From contig JBEKBM010000003.1 in NCBI GenBank assembly GCA_050015395.1, positions 32,001 through 96,000 of the forward strand: 64,000 nucleotides of DNA, read 5' to 3'. The notes under the pieces were generated by a model. It had not been told where the DNA came from, did no database searches, and was given only the letters and a program-made list of their open reading frames with translations. Each line of letters starts with the position of its first letter. Within the stretch, counting starts at the first letter, position 1. This DNA comes from Candidatus Bathyarchaeia archaeon (GTDB lineage: Archaea > Thermoproteota > Bathyarchaeia > Bathyarchaeales > Bathycorpusculaceae). This document shows, one piece after another, positions 18,918 through 29,254 of this stretch. The translations under genes and the position numbers were made by a program.

Positions 18918-19253
18918 CTAAGTTGGCTGCTCCGAAACGTCCTTTTTGTCGCCGGATCCCTTCTCATTTAGGCGAATTATGAGTTGGTGGTTTTTCTTGA
19001 CAAGAGCTACATCTTCTTTTTCTATATTGTCTGCAATTACTTCTCCGTTGTATTTCATACGACTGGTATAGCCTAGTTCTTTTAGTTCGTTCATGAGGAG
19101 TTCGCGTAGTTTTCTTAGTTGCTCACCTGATGTTTGCGGGTCTCTGGTGAAGCAGAAAGTAATGGTTTTTTTGTCAGGGTCATAGTTTGCTCGGGTGCCT
19201 CTGCCAAGTTTTTCTACGTGACCCCATATTGTTTTGTCGCTTTCATCTCTCAT
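18918..19253 (-). CDS. Hypothetical protein
   Basis: 111-aa ORF with AGGTGG SD directly behind aIF2-alpha. Confidence 0.65.
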   Translation of the reverse strand: MRDESDKTIWGHVEKLGRGTRANYDPDKKTITFCFTRDPQTSGEQLRKLRELLMNELKELGYTSRMKYNGEVIADNIEKEDVALVKKNHQLIIRLNEKGSGDKKDVSEQPT

Positions 19254-19265
19254 GTTTCCACCTTG

Positions 19266-20054
19266 CTATTTCTCTCTTTTAAAGGAGCCGTGTCCGCCTG
19301 CCTTAGTAATGTTTGTGACTACACTTTGGCTTACTTCGTCGAGAAGCTCTTCGGCACGTTTCCAGTTATCAGCGGAGACTTCTACGCTGTATCTGGGAGC
19401 GGCGATAACGCAAAATTCGATTTTAGCGTCTTTAGCTTTTTGTGCTTTCTCGGCGTCAATGAATGCGTCTTGGATGCATTTAACGCCGTTGGGTTTCATG
19501 CAGCGAATTTCAAGCGTACCTTTGACTTTCACCATTTTGATACGGATGCGTTCTTCTGCAACTTGGACGAAGGCTTTGGCGATGTCTTCAGGTATGTCAA
19601 GTTTAGTTAGGGCTTCTGTGCCTTCTTTGAGAGCTTTTTCGAAGCCTTCATATAAACCGACGCTTTCTTCCAGGATAACGCCTGCTTTCTGGTAGACTTC
19701 ATGTACGGGCAAGCCTACTTTTTCTGCGACCGCACGCAGAAGTACTTCGCCTTTGCGGTCTCTTTTCCAAGCTTTGATTTTTTCAATTCTTTCGCGTTTT
19801 GTAACGCGTCTGAGGGATAAGTCAATGTGGCCTTTTTCAAGGTTTACATGGAGAACTTTTAGAACCATTTTTTGTTTTTCACGAACGTAGTCGTGGACGT
19901 TTCTTATTCTGGCGCTGGAGATTTCGGAGATATGAAGAAACCCGCGTTTATTGTATTCATCTAGGTTAGCGTAAGCTCCATAATCCATCACGCTCTCTAT
20001 GGTGGCGATTACGAGATCTCCAGATTCAGGCCATTCAGATTTATGTTCAGACAT
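19266..20054 (-). CDS. eif2a: Translation initiation factor 2 alpha subunit
   Basis: EWPESGDLVIAT S1 domain, LHISEIS, GHIDLSLRRV, AAPRY. Confidence 0.93.
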   Translation of the reverse strand: MSEHKSEWPESGDLVIATIESVMDYGAYANLDEYNKRGFLHISEISSARIRNVHDYVREKQKMVLKVLHVNLEKGHIDLSLRRVTKRERIEKIKAWKRDRKGEVLLRAVAEKVGLPVHEVYQKAGVILEESVGLYEGFEKALKEGTEALTKLDIPEDIAKAFVQVAEERIRIKMVKVKGTLEIRCMKPNGVKCIQDAFIDAEKAQKAKDAKIEFCVIAAPRYSVEVSADNWKRAEELLDEVSQSVVTNITKAGGHGSFKREK

Positions 20055-20101
20055 AGTTTACATCTGCTCTAACTTGCGAGAAAGAATGTGGGTTGAGTGT
20101 T

Positions 20102-20404
20102 TTATTCTTTTTTGTCCAACTTGACAATATAAATTTCTTTGTTGCGGACTCTGAGTGCTGCATTGAATTTTCTGTCTGGTTTCTTGTTGTATGACTTAAC
20201 TCTAAATGAGAATGGCGCGTACATTGATCTTACTGTTTTACCCTCAACTTCAACCTTAAACATCTTCTCAGGGCTCTCAATGATCTGCTTGAAAACTGCA
20301 TCATACTCGGGAATCTTGGCGATTTTTCTTCCTTCAGGTATTTCCTTGACTGGAGTTGCTTTTGCTACTATTTGCTTGTTCTTACTTTTTTCTAGTTTAG
20401 ACAC
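20102..20404 (-). CDS. Hypothetical basic protein
   Basis: 100-aa Lys-rich ORF co-oriented with aIF2-alpha. Confidence 0.6.
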   Translation of the reverse strand: MSKLEKSKNKQIVAKATPVKEIPEGRKIAKIPEYDAVFKQIIESPEKMFKVEVEGKTVRSMYAPFSFRVKSYNKKPDRKFNAALRVRNKEIYIVKLDKKE

Positions 20405-20699
20405 ATGTATTCACACTATATACATGTCAGTTATACTATTAAAGACTAGCAGTAACATCGGCAGAAATAATTACGGTTAAGTCAACGTAATAGTGAACTA
20501 ATGGTAATCCAAGTAAGCATTGATTTTTTTTGAATATTTCTCGCACCAATATCTGGATTGAGATGACATATTTTCGGTCGATTAACATCTAACTAACTTT
20601 TGTTCGGTGAACACGCCGAGTGCAACGCTGAATGTTTTACTCGCCTTTTATGTCATTTCTGTTACATTCCGCTTTTGGTCTATATTCTCTTTTTCTGGT

Positions 20700-20795
20700 T
20701 CATTGCTTATGATGCTTTTCGCATTCTTTTATTCTTACAAGCATCCAATCTTTTTCTTCATAAACGCATCCGCAAACCAAAGTTTTAATCGTCAA
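20700..20795 (-). CDS. Putative 31-aa metal-binding microprotein MTIKTLVCGCVYEEKDWMLVRIKECEKHHKQ
   Basis: TTG start after a purine-rich tract; CGC...CxxH pattern. Confidence 0.5.
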   Translation of the reverse strand: MTIKTLVCGCVYEEKDWMLVRIKECEKHHKQ

Positions 20796-21183
20796 GATTG
20801 CCGCCCTTCAAGCAAACTTACCAGATACACCAATGTATTAGTCACCAATATTCATAATGATTTCTCTCGGAGTTAAAAGCAAGCGAAGCGTGGACTCTGC
20901 ACGTAAGATAATTTCATAGGAAAAAGAGTCTTCTATTTTATTCTCGATCTTGTGCTTCAGTTCTCAAGCGCTGATCCGAGACAAAAAAGAAAGCTTAAAA
21001 TGGAAAGGTAAGCAACTGATTTTTGACTGTTTAGATTCAGAAAAAAACCCTTTTAAGCTCGAAAAAAATCGGACGGTTTTTGTGTTATTCAATAAAGATC
21101 ACGCGCAGTTCTCTAATTTTCTTCCAGAAAGGGTAAAGTTTTAGAATGCGGGATGCGTTTGTTTGCTTGGTTAAGGTGAATAT

Positions 21184-21306
21184 ATGAGCGTGATGAAAAG
21201 AAAAAAGAAGAATACACAGCTCGAGCAGCAAAAGAAAATGCAGCGAGAAAAAGATCTAAAAAAGAAACAGATGCGACAACAACTTCCAGCTAAAGGAAAG
21301 AAATAA
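21184..21306 (+). CDS. Putative 40-aa highly basic microprotein
   Basis: MSVMKRKKKNTQLEQQKKMQREKDLKKKQMRQQLPAKGKK with AAGGTGA SD. Confidence 0.5.
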   Translation: MSVMKRKKKNTQLEQQKKMQREKDLKKKQMRQQLPAKGKK

Positions 21307-21550
21307 CGTTCCTAAGCACGAAAGGCAAGAAAACTTCCTTTTACTTTAAGGGTAACTTGGAGAATGGTAGATGTCGCCTTTTGTGAACTTTTGTGCCGTC
21401 TGCGAGAAGAACTATCAATCGTCCCATTTGCTTATGTGCTCTCTCTTGTTTGCTTTTTCAATTCCGCGATAAATGTCCCAAGCCTTGTTTAAATTGCCGA
21501 ATTCCCCAAAAGTCAAAAAACAAAAATGATAAAAAAGGATTAAGGCTATT

Positions 21551-21967
21551 TTAAGCAATACGAATATGATAAAGATAGAATGTTATGCGTCCAGTTGAGC
21601 ATTCTGGAATTGCATCCTCATCTTTTAATGTTTTCAACCAATCATTAACCGTTGAGAAACCAGATTTCGCAACATAAAATCCTAAGTCATTATGCTTTAA
21701 ATTTATTGGAGACGTTACGTTAAATGTTGCAGTAGTAAATTCTGTTCGTGAGTTGTCGAGGCATGTTTTGCAGACATCAACAAACTCTTCGAATTCAATT
21801 ATAAGATTAGCATCATAACCCTTAATCTTGTAGTATGAGTACTGTGGATTTTCAACGTCTGTAAGTATGAAAACATTGCCATTTTTCTTAAGATAATTGA
21901 GGGCATTAGGGTCAATCTCGATTTCTAAAATGTTTGCGTCACTATTTCCGCTCATACTGCTTTTCAC
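21551..21967 (-). CDS. Hypothetical protein
   Basis: 138-aa AT-rich ORF; no family recognised. Confidence 0.6.
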   Translation of the reverse strand: MKSSMSGNSDANILEIEIDPNALNYLKKNGNVFILTDVENPQYSYYKIKGYDANLIIEFEEFVDVCKTCLDNSRTEFTTATFNVTSPINLKHNDLGFYVAKSGFSTVNDWLKTLKDEDAIPECSTGRITFYLYHIRIA

Positions 21968-22110
21968 CTACTTATCATTTAATTAATTATTTAACTTCCT
22001 ATTATTATAAAACACTATAGATAAACCCTATGTTGTTACTGTGTAAATGCGGCTTTTACGGTGTTATTGTTTGCGGTTAACTGTTTATGTGCCTATGTGT
22101 GTGCTTGATA

Positions 22111-22875
22111 ATGACTGACTGGAAAGCGTAGCTGGAGACATTTGACTCTTTGCTCAGGGAGCTAAGCCAAAACCAGCGAGAGCAAAATGGACGGTTGCGT
22201 TTCGACCGACTTTTCGCTATTGCCAGCGACGTTGCCAGCCAATTTTACTGCCTGAAAAAAGTAGAAATGCAGTATATCCACGGTAAGGTAGAAACTGAAG
22301 CGAAGAACATTAGCACGGAAGCTCATGAGAAATTGACTGAGGACTCTGTGAAAGTCAAACGGGCTGAACTGTGGCTGAAAATAAATGGGGACAAACCTGT
22401 TTTCGCTTTGGAAATGTTTCTTCTCGCCAAATACGGCGACGTGCTTTTGGCTGGTAAGCCTGAATCGGCACTTTTTGCGCGTGGCTATCCGCTTACAGTC
22501 TTTGAGTACAAGTTTAGCCGAAGCAGCGTAGTCTATCCGTCTTATCATGTGCAAGTACAAACCTGCGGTATCCAGCTTGAAAACATGGGTTTCGACACGA
22601 GCAGGCTGTTCTATGCGATTGTAGTTGCTGACCCAAAGACGAAGGGAAGCAGAGAACTAAGACAAAACGTGGTGCACACCTTAATCAGGAACGGCCCAAA
22701 GGAAGCCGTGCATTCCATTAATGACGCCAAGATTTACTATAACAAATTCAACCGCGAAATCGCAGAGAAGGATTTGACGTGGGCTACAGAGTTCTGGAAC
22801 AAATATAGAGAAGCCCAACCGACAAACAACCAGAACAAATGCTCAAGATGTGAGTACCAGACAAAGTGTGAATAA
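22111..22875 (+). pseudogene. Solo Cas4-like PD-(D/E)XK nuclease with early in-frame TAG (22129-22131)
   Basis: QFYC...GKPE...FEYK...HVQ..C-terminal CSRCEYQTKC; MTDWKA*LETFDSLLREL; could restart at TTG 22150. Confidence 0.6.
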
Positions 22876-23030
22876 CTCGTTTTGCTGTCCTTCGTTAATT
22901 TTTGCTCTTAAACAAAACTTAACTTTTTTAGTGTCTTTTGATTCTTACTCCAGAATACACAATGTTTACAAAGACGAGTGGAACCAACATTTGGCAGCCG
23001 CATCTAATTTACTATTAGCGTGTATGAAAG

Positions 23031-23891
23031 ATGTTTCCCACCAACGTCCTGCCCAAGAAACTCTATCTCATAGGTGTAGTAGTTATCTTCCTCTCTGTCT
23101 ACTCACAATACTTCATACGTTACGGGTCAATAACCGGGTACCTAGTCGTCTACGGAATACCCGTTCTCGTTGTCAGCCTCCTTTTTGGCAGGCAGCTGTT
23201 CCACCGAGCGGGCAAAAACAACAAGGACGCCGCTAAATTCGGCTTAGGGCTATTCGGCGTCTTAATCGTGATCAGCCTTTTACTCTCCATCATAGCTTTA
23301 GCTATAATAACGCATTTCGACCCGCACGCCGCAAACCTGCTAAACAAGCCAAATCCCGTGCTCAACGTGCCGTCCAACGTTGCGTGGCTGATGATTCCCG
23401 TCTCCATACTTGTGGTAGGTCCGGCTGAAGAGTACCTGTTCCGCGGCTTCATCTACGGCGGGCTCCTCAGCATCTCCAAGGGAAGATACTGGATTCTATT
23501 GGCGGCTGTTTCAAGTGTGATGTTTGCTTCCGTCCACGCCTACTACGCCCTCACATACGGCATCGCCAGCGTCCTGCCGTTTATAGACTTAATAACTTTC
23601 GGTTTAGCCATGTCCATTGCGTACTACTGGTCAGGAGGAAACATACTGGTACTTGCGCTCATTCATGGCGTGTACGACGCCACAGACTTTCTAGGTGTAG
23701 CCACCACAAGCCAAATTGGCCAAGCTGCACAGCTCGTGATGATATTTGTCGGCATAGGGTTTGCAGCAGTTTACCTTCCCAAAAAATCGCCATGCGCCAA
23801 ACGCCTAACCCCTCAGTTTCCCCTGAAACCACGCCTGAAACGCAGCCGCCACCTGCCCCTCCACAAATGTAGCTGTACGTTTAGGACTTAG
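23031..23891 (+). CDS. CPBP (CAAX/Abi) intramembrane metalloprotease
   Basis: EEYLFRG, FASVH, HGVYD motifs, multiple TM. Confidence 0.88.
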   Translation: MFPTNVLPKKLYLIGVVVIFLSVYSQYFIRYGSITGYLVVYGIPVLVVSLLFGRQLFHRAGKNNKDAAKFGLGLFGVLIVISLLLSIIALAIITHFDPHAANLLNKPNPVLNVPSNVAWLMIPVSILVVGPAEEYLFRGFIYGGLLSISKGRYWILLAAVSSVMFASVHAYYALTYGIASVLPFIDLITFGLAMSIAYYWSGGNILVLALIHGVYDATDFLGVATTSQIGQAAQLVMIFVGIGFAAVYLPKKSPCAKRLTPQFPLKPRLKRSRHLPLHKCSCTFRT

Positions 23892-24029
23892 AACCAGGAG
23901 AGGGTTCCGTTTTTTCTTGAGGTGCGCTATCCAACCAACCTGAGATATTTTGTATGCCTTTGTTTTCCATGCAAGTTAATGCAGTTAAATTCAGAACGCA
24001 GATTTTTGTACTTTGATCTGTCGGCATCT

Positions 24030-24458
24030 TTATGGAAAAGTGGCAGGGTAGCGGCCCATGGCTTCCAGTATTTCTTCGGAGGCCGTCTTTTTTCCAAGAT
24101 TTCGCACAAAATCGGCAGCGACGACTATCCCAACTAATCTGTTCTGCTTCAATACTGGAAGTCTTCTGATTTTATTGCTTGACATTAGCCTAGCTGCCTC
24201 CTTAAGCGAAGCATCAGGATCAACTGTAATAAGAGACTTAGACATAATCTCCGAGACCTTGGTATCCAGCGGTAATTTTTTCGCCACGACCCTTCTAACA
24301 AAATCTCTTTCAGTAACTATTCCAATGGGCACTTCCTCATCCATGATAACCAAGCAACCCACTCGGTTCGAACTCATGAGCTCCGCTGCTTCAAAAACGC
24401 TATTATTAACACCGATTGAAATGACATTCTTCGTCATGATATCTTTGACTGCCGGCAT
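24030..24458 (-). CDS. CBS domain protein
   Basis: VKDIMT, GIVTERD, IRRLPV. Confidence 0.92.
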   Translation of the reverse strand: MPAVKDIMTKNVISIGVNNSVFEAAELMSSNRVGCLVIMDEEVPIGIVTERDFVRRVVAKKLPLDTKVSEIMSKSLITVDPDASLKEAARLMSSNKIRRLPVLKQNRLVGIVVAADFVRNLGKKTASEEILEAMGRYPATFP

Positions 24459-24596
24459 AATCTCTCTTAAGAAAAACGCCTAAATAAGATTTTCGAGGTC
24501 AAATGTTATAACTTCAGTTAAACGCATGAACAAGCAATCCACTACTCTTTTATTTGCACGTGGGCCTCTTGAAAAAATGTTGAGGGTGCAAGACTT

Positions 24597-26276
24597 CTAC
24601 TCTTTTTCCGTGGGTTTTTTTTGTCCGTATACGTATTTTCCGCCTCTTAGCGCGGAGCAAACTGCGGCTGCAACGCACATTATCGCGCCGATGACGAACG
24701 CCTCTCTCAGCGCAGTCATGAACGGAGCTGAAATTGCATTTGGGAAGAAGGTTGATCCCGTGAGATAATTAATCGTTGCTGTTGGTATGGAGCTTACTAA
24801 CGATGAAGGAAGGGTGTGAAGTATCGTTGCGACTGGGTTGTAGCCTAGAAAGGATGCGAAGAGGGCCCCTGAGGCTGGCGTAGCACTGAAGGCCTGTGCA
24901 AGCTGCGAAGGCGCACCGGCACTTGTAACTGCAGCTGCTAGGGCACTTGGAAGACTCCCGGTGAGCGACACTATGATGATGGTGAAAAAGATAGCCTGGC
25001 TTATCGTATTTGCACTGTTCTGTATGGTTGCGCGCATTCCAGATGCGGCACCTCTGTGTTCCGCGGGTACTGAGTTCATTATAGATGCCATGTTAGGAGA
25101 AGCAAAGATGCCACCCCCGATTCCCATTATGAAAAGCACAACCGCAAAAGACAGGTAGATGAAATCAGCTGGGAGCAGCACGAACCCTGCGAAAGCAGCG
25201 GCGGAAATCACCATACCCGAAGTAGCGAGTAGTCTTGCGCCGTGTTTGTCTGATAGCCAGCCACTGATCGGTCCAGTTAAGACAAAACCTATCGACATGG
25301 GTATCATTAATATGCCACACCAAAACGGTGTGGAATCAAAGCTGTACCCATGGAGAGGAAGCCATATTCCTTGAAGCAATATGATAAGCATTATCATCAC
25401 TCCGCCCCTTGACATGGTACTGAAAAGCGAAGCAAGGTTACCTGCACTAAACGCTCTTATCTTAAACAGATCAAGCCTAAACATTGGCTCAGCGACATGG
25501 TTTTCGATAAACGGAAAAGCAACAAGAAGACCCGCCCCGACGACGAGAGAAGCAATGACCCATGGATTACCCCAGCCCATAGCCGAGTTCCCATAAGGTA
25601 TCAAACCGTAGATAACGCCTGCTAGAATTAATGTTAATCCCCCGCCAAAAGCGATGTTCCCCCAAATGTCCAATTTTTGGTTTCTTCTAATAGTGCCGCG
25701 CTCTTTCAGCTTCATGTACGACCAGACCGTGCCTATCACCCCAACTGGCACGCTCACCAGAAACACTAGCCGCCAGTCATAAATCGCTAAAATGCCTCCC
25801 AGAACCAGACCTATTATAGAACCGGCGAGGAAAGATATCTGGTTTATTCCAAGTGCTTTTCCGCGTTCATTGGTTGGGAATGCGTCAGTTATTATTGCAG
25901 CGCTGTTTGCGAACAAGAATGCTCCGCCAATTCCTTGGACTATTCTGAAAACTATTATCTCGATAGCCCCTGCGTCACCCTGATTTGGAGTTATTGAAAG
26001 CAAAATCGAGCCAACTGTGAAGATAAGGAATCCAAGGTTGTAGAGCCTTACGCGCCCAAACATGTCTGAAAGTCTGCCAAAAGTGACAAGCAACGTGGCG
26101 GTAACAATGCTGTACCCAAACAGTATCCACAGCATGTACTGAAAAGACGTAAAAGGATTAATGTTAATTCCGCGAAAGATAGCGGGCAACGCAATCAAGA
26201 CAATGGTGCCGTCGATTGAAGCCATCAAAGTGCCAAGCGTAGTATTAGAAAGCGCAACCCACTTGTACTCAACCAT
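24597..26276 (-). CDS. MFS transporter (DHA2-like)
   Basis: [24 protein letters not shown]; about 14 TM. Confidence 0.92.
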   Translation of the reverse strand: MVEYKWVALSNTTLGTLMASIDGTIVLIALPAIFRGININPFTSFQYMLWILFGYSIVTATLLVTFGRLSDMFGRVRLYNLGFLIFTVGSILLSITPNQGDAGAIEIIVFRIVQGIGGAFLFANSAAIITDAFPTNERGKALGINQISFLAGSIIGLVLGGILAIYDWRLVFLVSVPVGVIGTVWSYMKLKERGTIRRNQKLDIWGNIAFGGGLTLILAGVIYGLIPYGNSAMGWGNPWVIASLVVGAGLLVAFPFIENHVAEPMFRLDLFKIRAFSAGNLASLFSTMSRGGVMIMLIILLQGIWLPLHGYSFDSTPFWCGILMIPMSIGFVLTGPISGWLSDKHGARLLATSGMVISAAAFAGFVLLPADFIYLSFAVVLFIMGIGGGIFASPNMASIMNSVPAEHRGAASGMRATIQNSANTISQAIFFTIIIVSLTGSLPSALAAAVTSAGAPSQLAQAFSATPASGALFASFLGYNPVATILHTLPSSLVSSIPTATINYLTGSTFFPNAISAPFMTALREAFVIGAIMCVAAAVCSALRGGKYVYGQKKPTEKE

Positions 26277-26535
26277 CTGTTTTCACTAAAGTTTTAATTG
26301 GTGTGTCTGATGGGTCATAAATAGTTTACCAACCAAAGCCCACTGTTTTCGCATAACATCTGTTACTGAAAATACATTTCTGAGGTCTTCCTGAGCTTTT
26401 GCAAACTCAAAACAGAGAAAGAAAACTGCAACTCCATAAACGCAGCGCGCAACCAGCCCTCTCGGCTAAAGAAAACTCGTTATAACAAATGATGCCTAAT
26501 TCGGGAGCACCATGCGCGCCATCAAGTTCTAGAAA

Positions 26536-26573
26536 AAATTGCGCTGTTCATGTCAAATTGCGCTGTTCATGTC
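26536..26573. repeat. Exact 19-bp tandem duplication AAATTGCGCTGTTCATGTC
   Basis: Two adjacent identical copies. Confidence 0.85.
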
Positions 26574-27172
26574 AAAAATGAAATCAGGTTATTCCAACTC
26601 TTGAAGATAGTTTCGGTTGATGAGACAGAATTTAGATAGAAATAAGGTCTTTATCAGCTTAACAAATGGGTCTATTGCCGCGATTTTGTTCAAGACAAGT
26701 TATATTAAACCTGCGCTTATTATCACCTGCAGGTCGGGGAGCACGCTTTAGACGTGATGCATTGAGGCATGGAGCGTGTCAATTAAAACAGCGGAAAATT
26801 GATACGCGGCAAAGACTTTGCTTCGATGGGCTGGACATGCAAATGTTGCACTGAGGAGATGAGCAGCGTGGTCAAAACGGTGAAAGACCATGAGGCGACG
26901 AAGACACGGCCTCAGTGGACCGCGAACATGTTTAAGGCTCAGACCCAACCTGTTCTTCTTAATAACCTAAACTATAGAAAGCTCTTTCTTTTAATACATA
27001 AAAAAGGTAAGGCCACCTACGGATTGATTCTTTCGTATATTCAAATCGTTCTTTAACAAAATAACTCCATTCATCTCTCGTTGGAGAAGTTACCCTTGTT
27101 AGCCCATATCATGAAAGGGAAAGGATATGTTTGAGAATCTCTCGCATAGTTGTGGAGAGTAAGTCTATGTGT

Positions 27173-27367
27173 ATGGGGAAAGTAGTTGTTCGTTGTCCTG
27201 TATGCAAAAACCAGATTCAGGTCACTAGACCCGACAGCAATCACCCGTTTTGGTCTACAAATAAACCTGTAAAAGACGAAGGCATAGAGAGTGTTGTTGA
27301 GCAAGTTCTTGAATGCAAAAATCCATCATGTGCTTCAAAATTTTCAATTTACTGGTACAACAAATAA
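27173..27367 (+). CDS. Small zinc-finger protein
   Basis: CPVC...CKNPSC. Confidence 0.65.
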   Translation: MGKVVVRCPVCKNQIQVTRPDSNHPFWSTNKPVKDEGIESVVEQVLECKNPSCASKFSIYWYNK

Positions 27368-27423
27368 ATAAATACACTGACAAAAAATTGCTGACAATAT
27401 AAGAAAATGACTAAACTGTTTAG

Positions 27424-27975
27424 TCACATGGGTTTAAGGGTCTTTTTGAATATTTCTTCTCGCCACTTGTGCTCCCAGCTTGCCCAACCAGTCTTCACAA
27501 GGCTTTCCCTCAAGTGAGGCTTTTCAGCAACCCACTCCAGAAATGTCCAGAAGCGCCTCTTGTCTTTGAGCATTTCCTCAGGCACCCCTTTTTCAACACA
27601 CCATCTAACATATCCTCTTTCAACCAACTGCTTAAGTTCGCCTGTGGATTCGACCCTTTGAACCTTGAACCCTAAGCTTAGTAAGTACACACCTACACTT
27701 GATAGAACGTATTCTGAACAAACCTTAAAACAGGTTTCAGCGTCAGGCTGCATAACTGCGACAATCTCGTTTGCAATCTTCACCGCGTCATCCAAATATT
27801 TCTTGTTCTTGAAGTTCGGCGGCTGAAAAGAAGAAGTGGGAATTCTGCGCTCCATCACCATAGGGTCTGGAGGCTTGAGCGCGCCAACCACCACGCCCAA
27901 TAAGAGATCGCCCCATCCTGAAGCATCTATCAAAATCGTCTTCCCAGGAAAAAAATAATCCAACGCCAAACTCAA
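27424..27975 (-). CDS. Hypothetical protein, possible RNase H-like fold
   Basis: N-terminal ILIDASGWGDLLLGVVVG resembles the RNase HII first motif. Confidence 0.6.
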   Translation of the reverse strand: MSLALDYFFPGKTILIDASGWGDLLLGVVVGALKPPDPMVMERRIPTSSFQPPNFKNKKYLDDAVKIANEIVAVMQPDAETCFKVCSEYVLSSVGVYLLSLGFKVQRVESTGELKQLVERGYVRWCVEKGVPEEMLKDKRRFWTFLEWVAEKPHLRESLVKTGWASWEHKWREEIFKKTLKPM

Positions 27976-28250
27976 TCACCACACTGAGAAATATTTAAGG
28001 GGTTTCTGTTTTTCTGTCTTTTGTTTATCTGGGGCTTTCAATTCAAAAAACAGACTTTAATTCTATTTTAGGAGTGCGTGCGCTTTAGTAAATATTATTC
28101 GGGAAAAGCTTGTGATAATTTTGGCGCATTCTTCTTTTCGTTAATTGGCTGCTTTAAAAATCGGTTAAGCTCCTATTCTGAAAGAGGCAATGGTTGGATT
28201 GGATGTTTACATGAGAATAACGGGAAAAAGAAAAAAGGGGTTTTGAGAGT

Positions 28251-28619
28251 TTACTGTATTCCCCATCTCTTTACGATTTTCACTATCAGGAAGATTACCA
28301 AGGCTACGATAAGGAAAGTTATCAACGCCACAAGGAAGTCACCGATAGTGAATACCCCAGTTGTGTAGGTCGCTAGATTTTTCATGCCTGGTATTAGGAG
28401 TCCTATTGCGGGCAGTAGCAGATCCTTGACGAGTGCCTGAACGAATCCGCCTAGATAAAGACCCAAGATGAAGGCAACGGCGAGACCAAAGACACCGTAT
28501 TTTGACAGAAAATCTTTGAATTCAGGCCACATCCCTTTAGGCGCAGGCGGCGTAGGTTTAGGCTCTAGCAGTTCACGAATTTTCTTGAGCTCATCAAGCA
28601 TTTCTTGGTCGTTTGACAT
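28251..28619 (-). CDS. mscL: Large-conductance mechanosensitive channel
   Basis: EFKDFL..GVFGLAVAFILG...GDFLVALITFLIVA. Confidence 0.85.
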   Translation of the reverse strand: MSNDQEMLDELKKIRELLEPKPTPPAPKGMWPEFKDFLSKYGVFGLAVAFILGLYLGGFVQALVKDLLLPAIGLLIPGMKNLATYTTGVFTIGDFLVALITFLIVALVIFLIVKIVKRWGIQ

Positions 28620-29254
28620 AAAAACCACACAATCTTATTTGTCGATGACTGCTAATAAAACTATGCAAGACAACAAAAAAAGATAACTATACTTCACAAT
28701 TGTTTAAATCACTATCAGAAAACCCCATAATAACTGTGCATTTGTTTAACAGTTAGAGCAAACCGAGGAAATAGGGGCATAAAACAATCTGCGCCCCTAA
28801 ACATCAAATTGAAGAACAGGCCACAGTGCTACACCGCACTACAAATCTACGAAAAAGACCACAACATACGTCCGAACTTCAGAGCTAATGCTAAACGAAG
28901 GCAAAGCGCTCAAGAAAATGCTCAAATGAAGGGTGACTACAAATTTTGTGAATGTAGTCGCCTCAAAACAAAATGTTTCCCTCCGAATCAAGGCACAGTA
29001 ATCAGCAATTAACCCTAAAGAAGTCAACAACAAATCTTTCATGATGTAGAGGATGAAAGAAAAAAGAATTGCCGTTACAGGAGCAGTTTTTTCTTCTTCT
29101 CGTTAACTGGTTGTTATGAAAATCGAGTCAGCCATAGGTCTGAAACCCCCTATACACCATTGGTTCGGAGTCTGAAGGGCGCCAAAACTCAATGGCAATG
29201 AGTCAAATTTAAATTGTACACCATCCTAAAATGTAGAGCAAACGAGTAGTATTC

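Noticed and set aside
16649-22131. Two in-frame TAG codons as pyrrolysine or amber recoding
   Set aside because: The first lies in a garbled stretch explained by compensating frameshifts; many core genes here (rps14, rps17, rps8, secY) end in TAG; no pyl genes in the window.
26536-26573. 19-bp duplication as an IS target-site duplication
   Set aside because: Copies are adjacent with no element or transposase; slippage or an assembly artefact is sufficient.
28809-29042. Precursor peptide for the radical SAM enzyme
   Set aside because: No SD or leader/core pattern; looks like decayed sequence.
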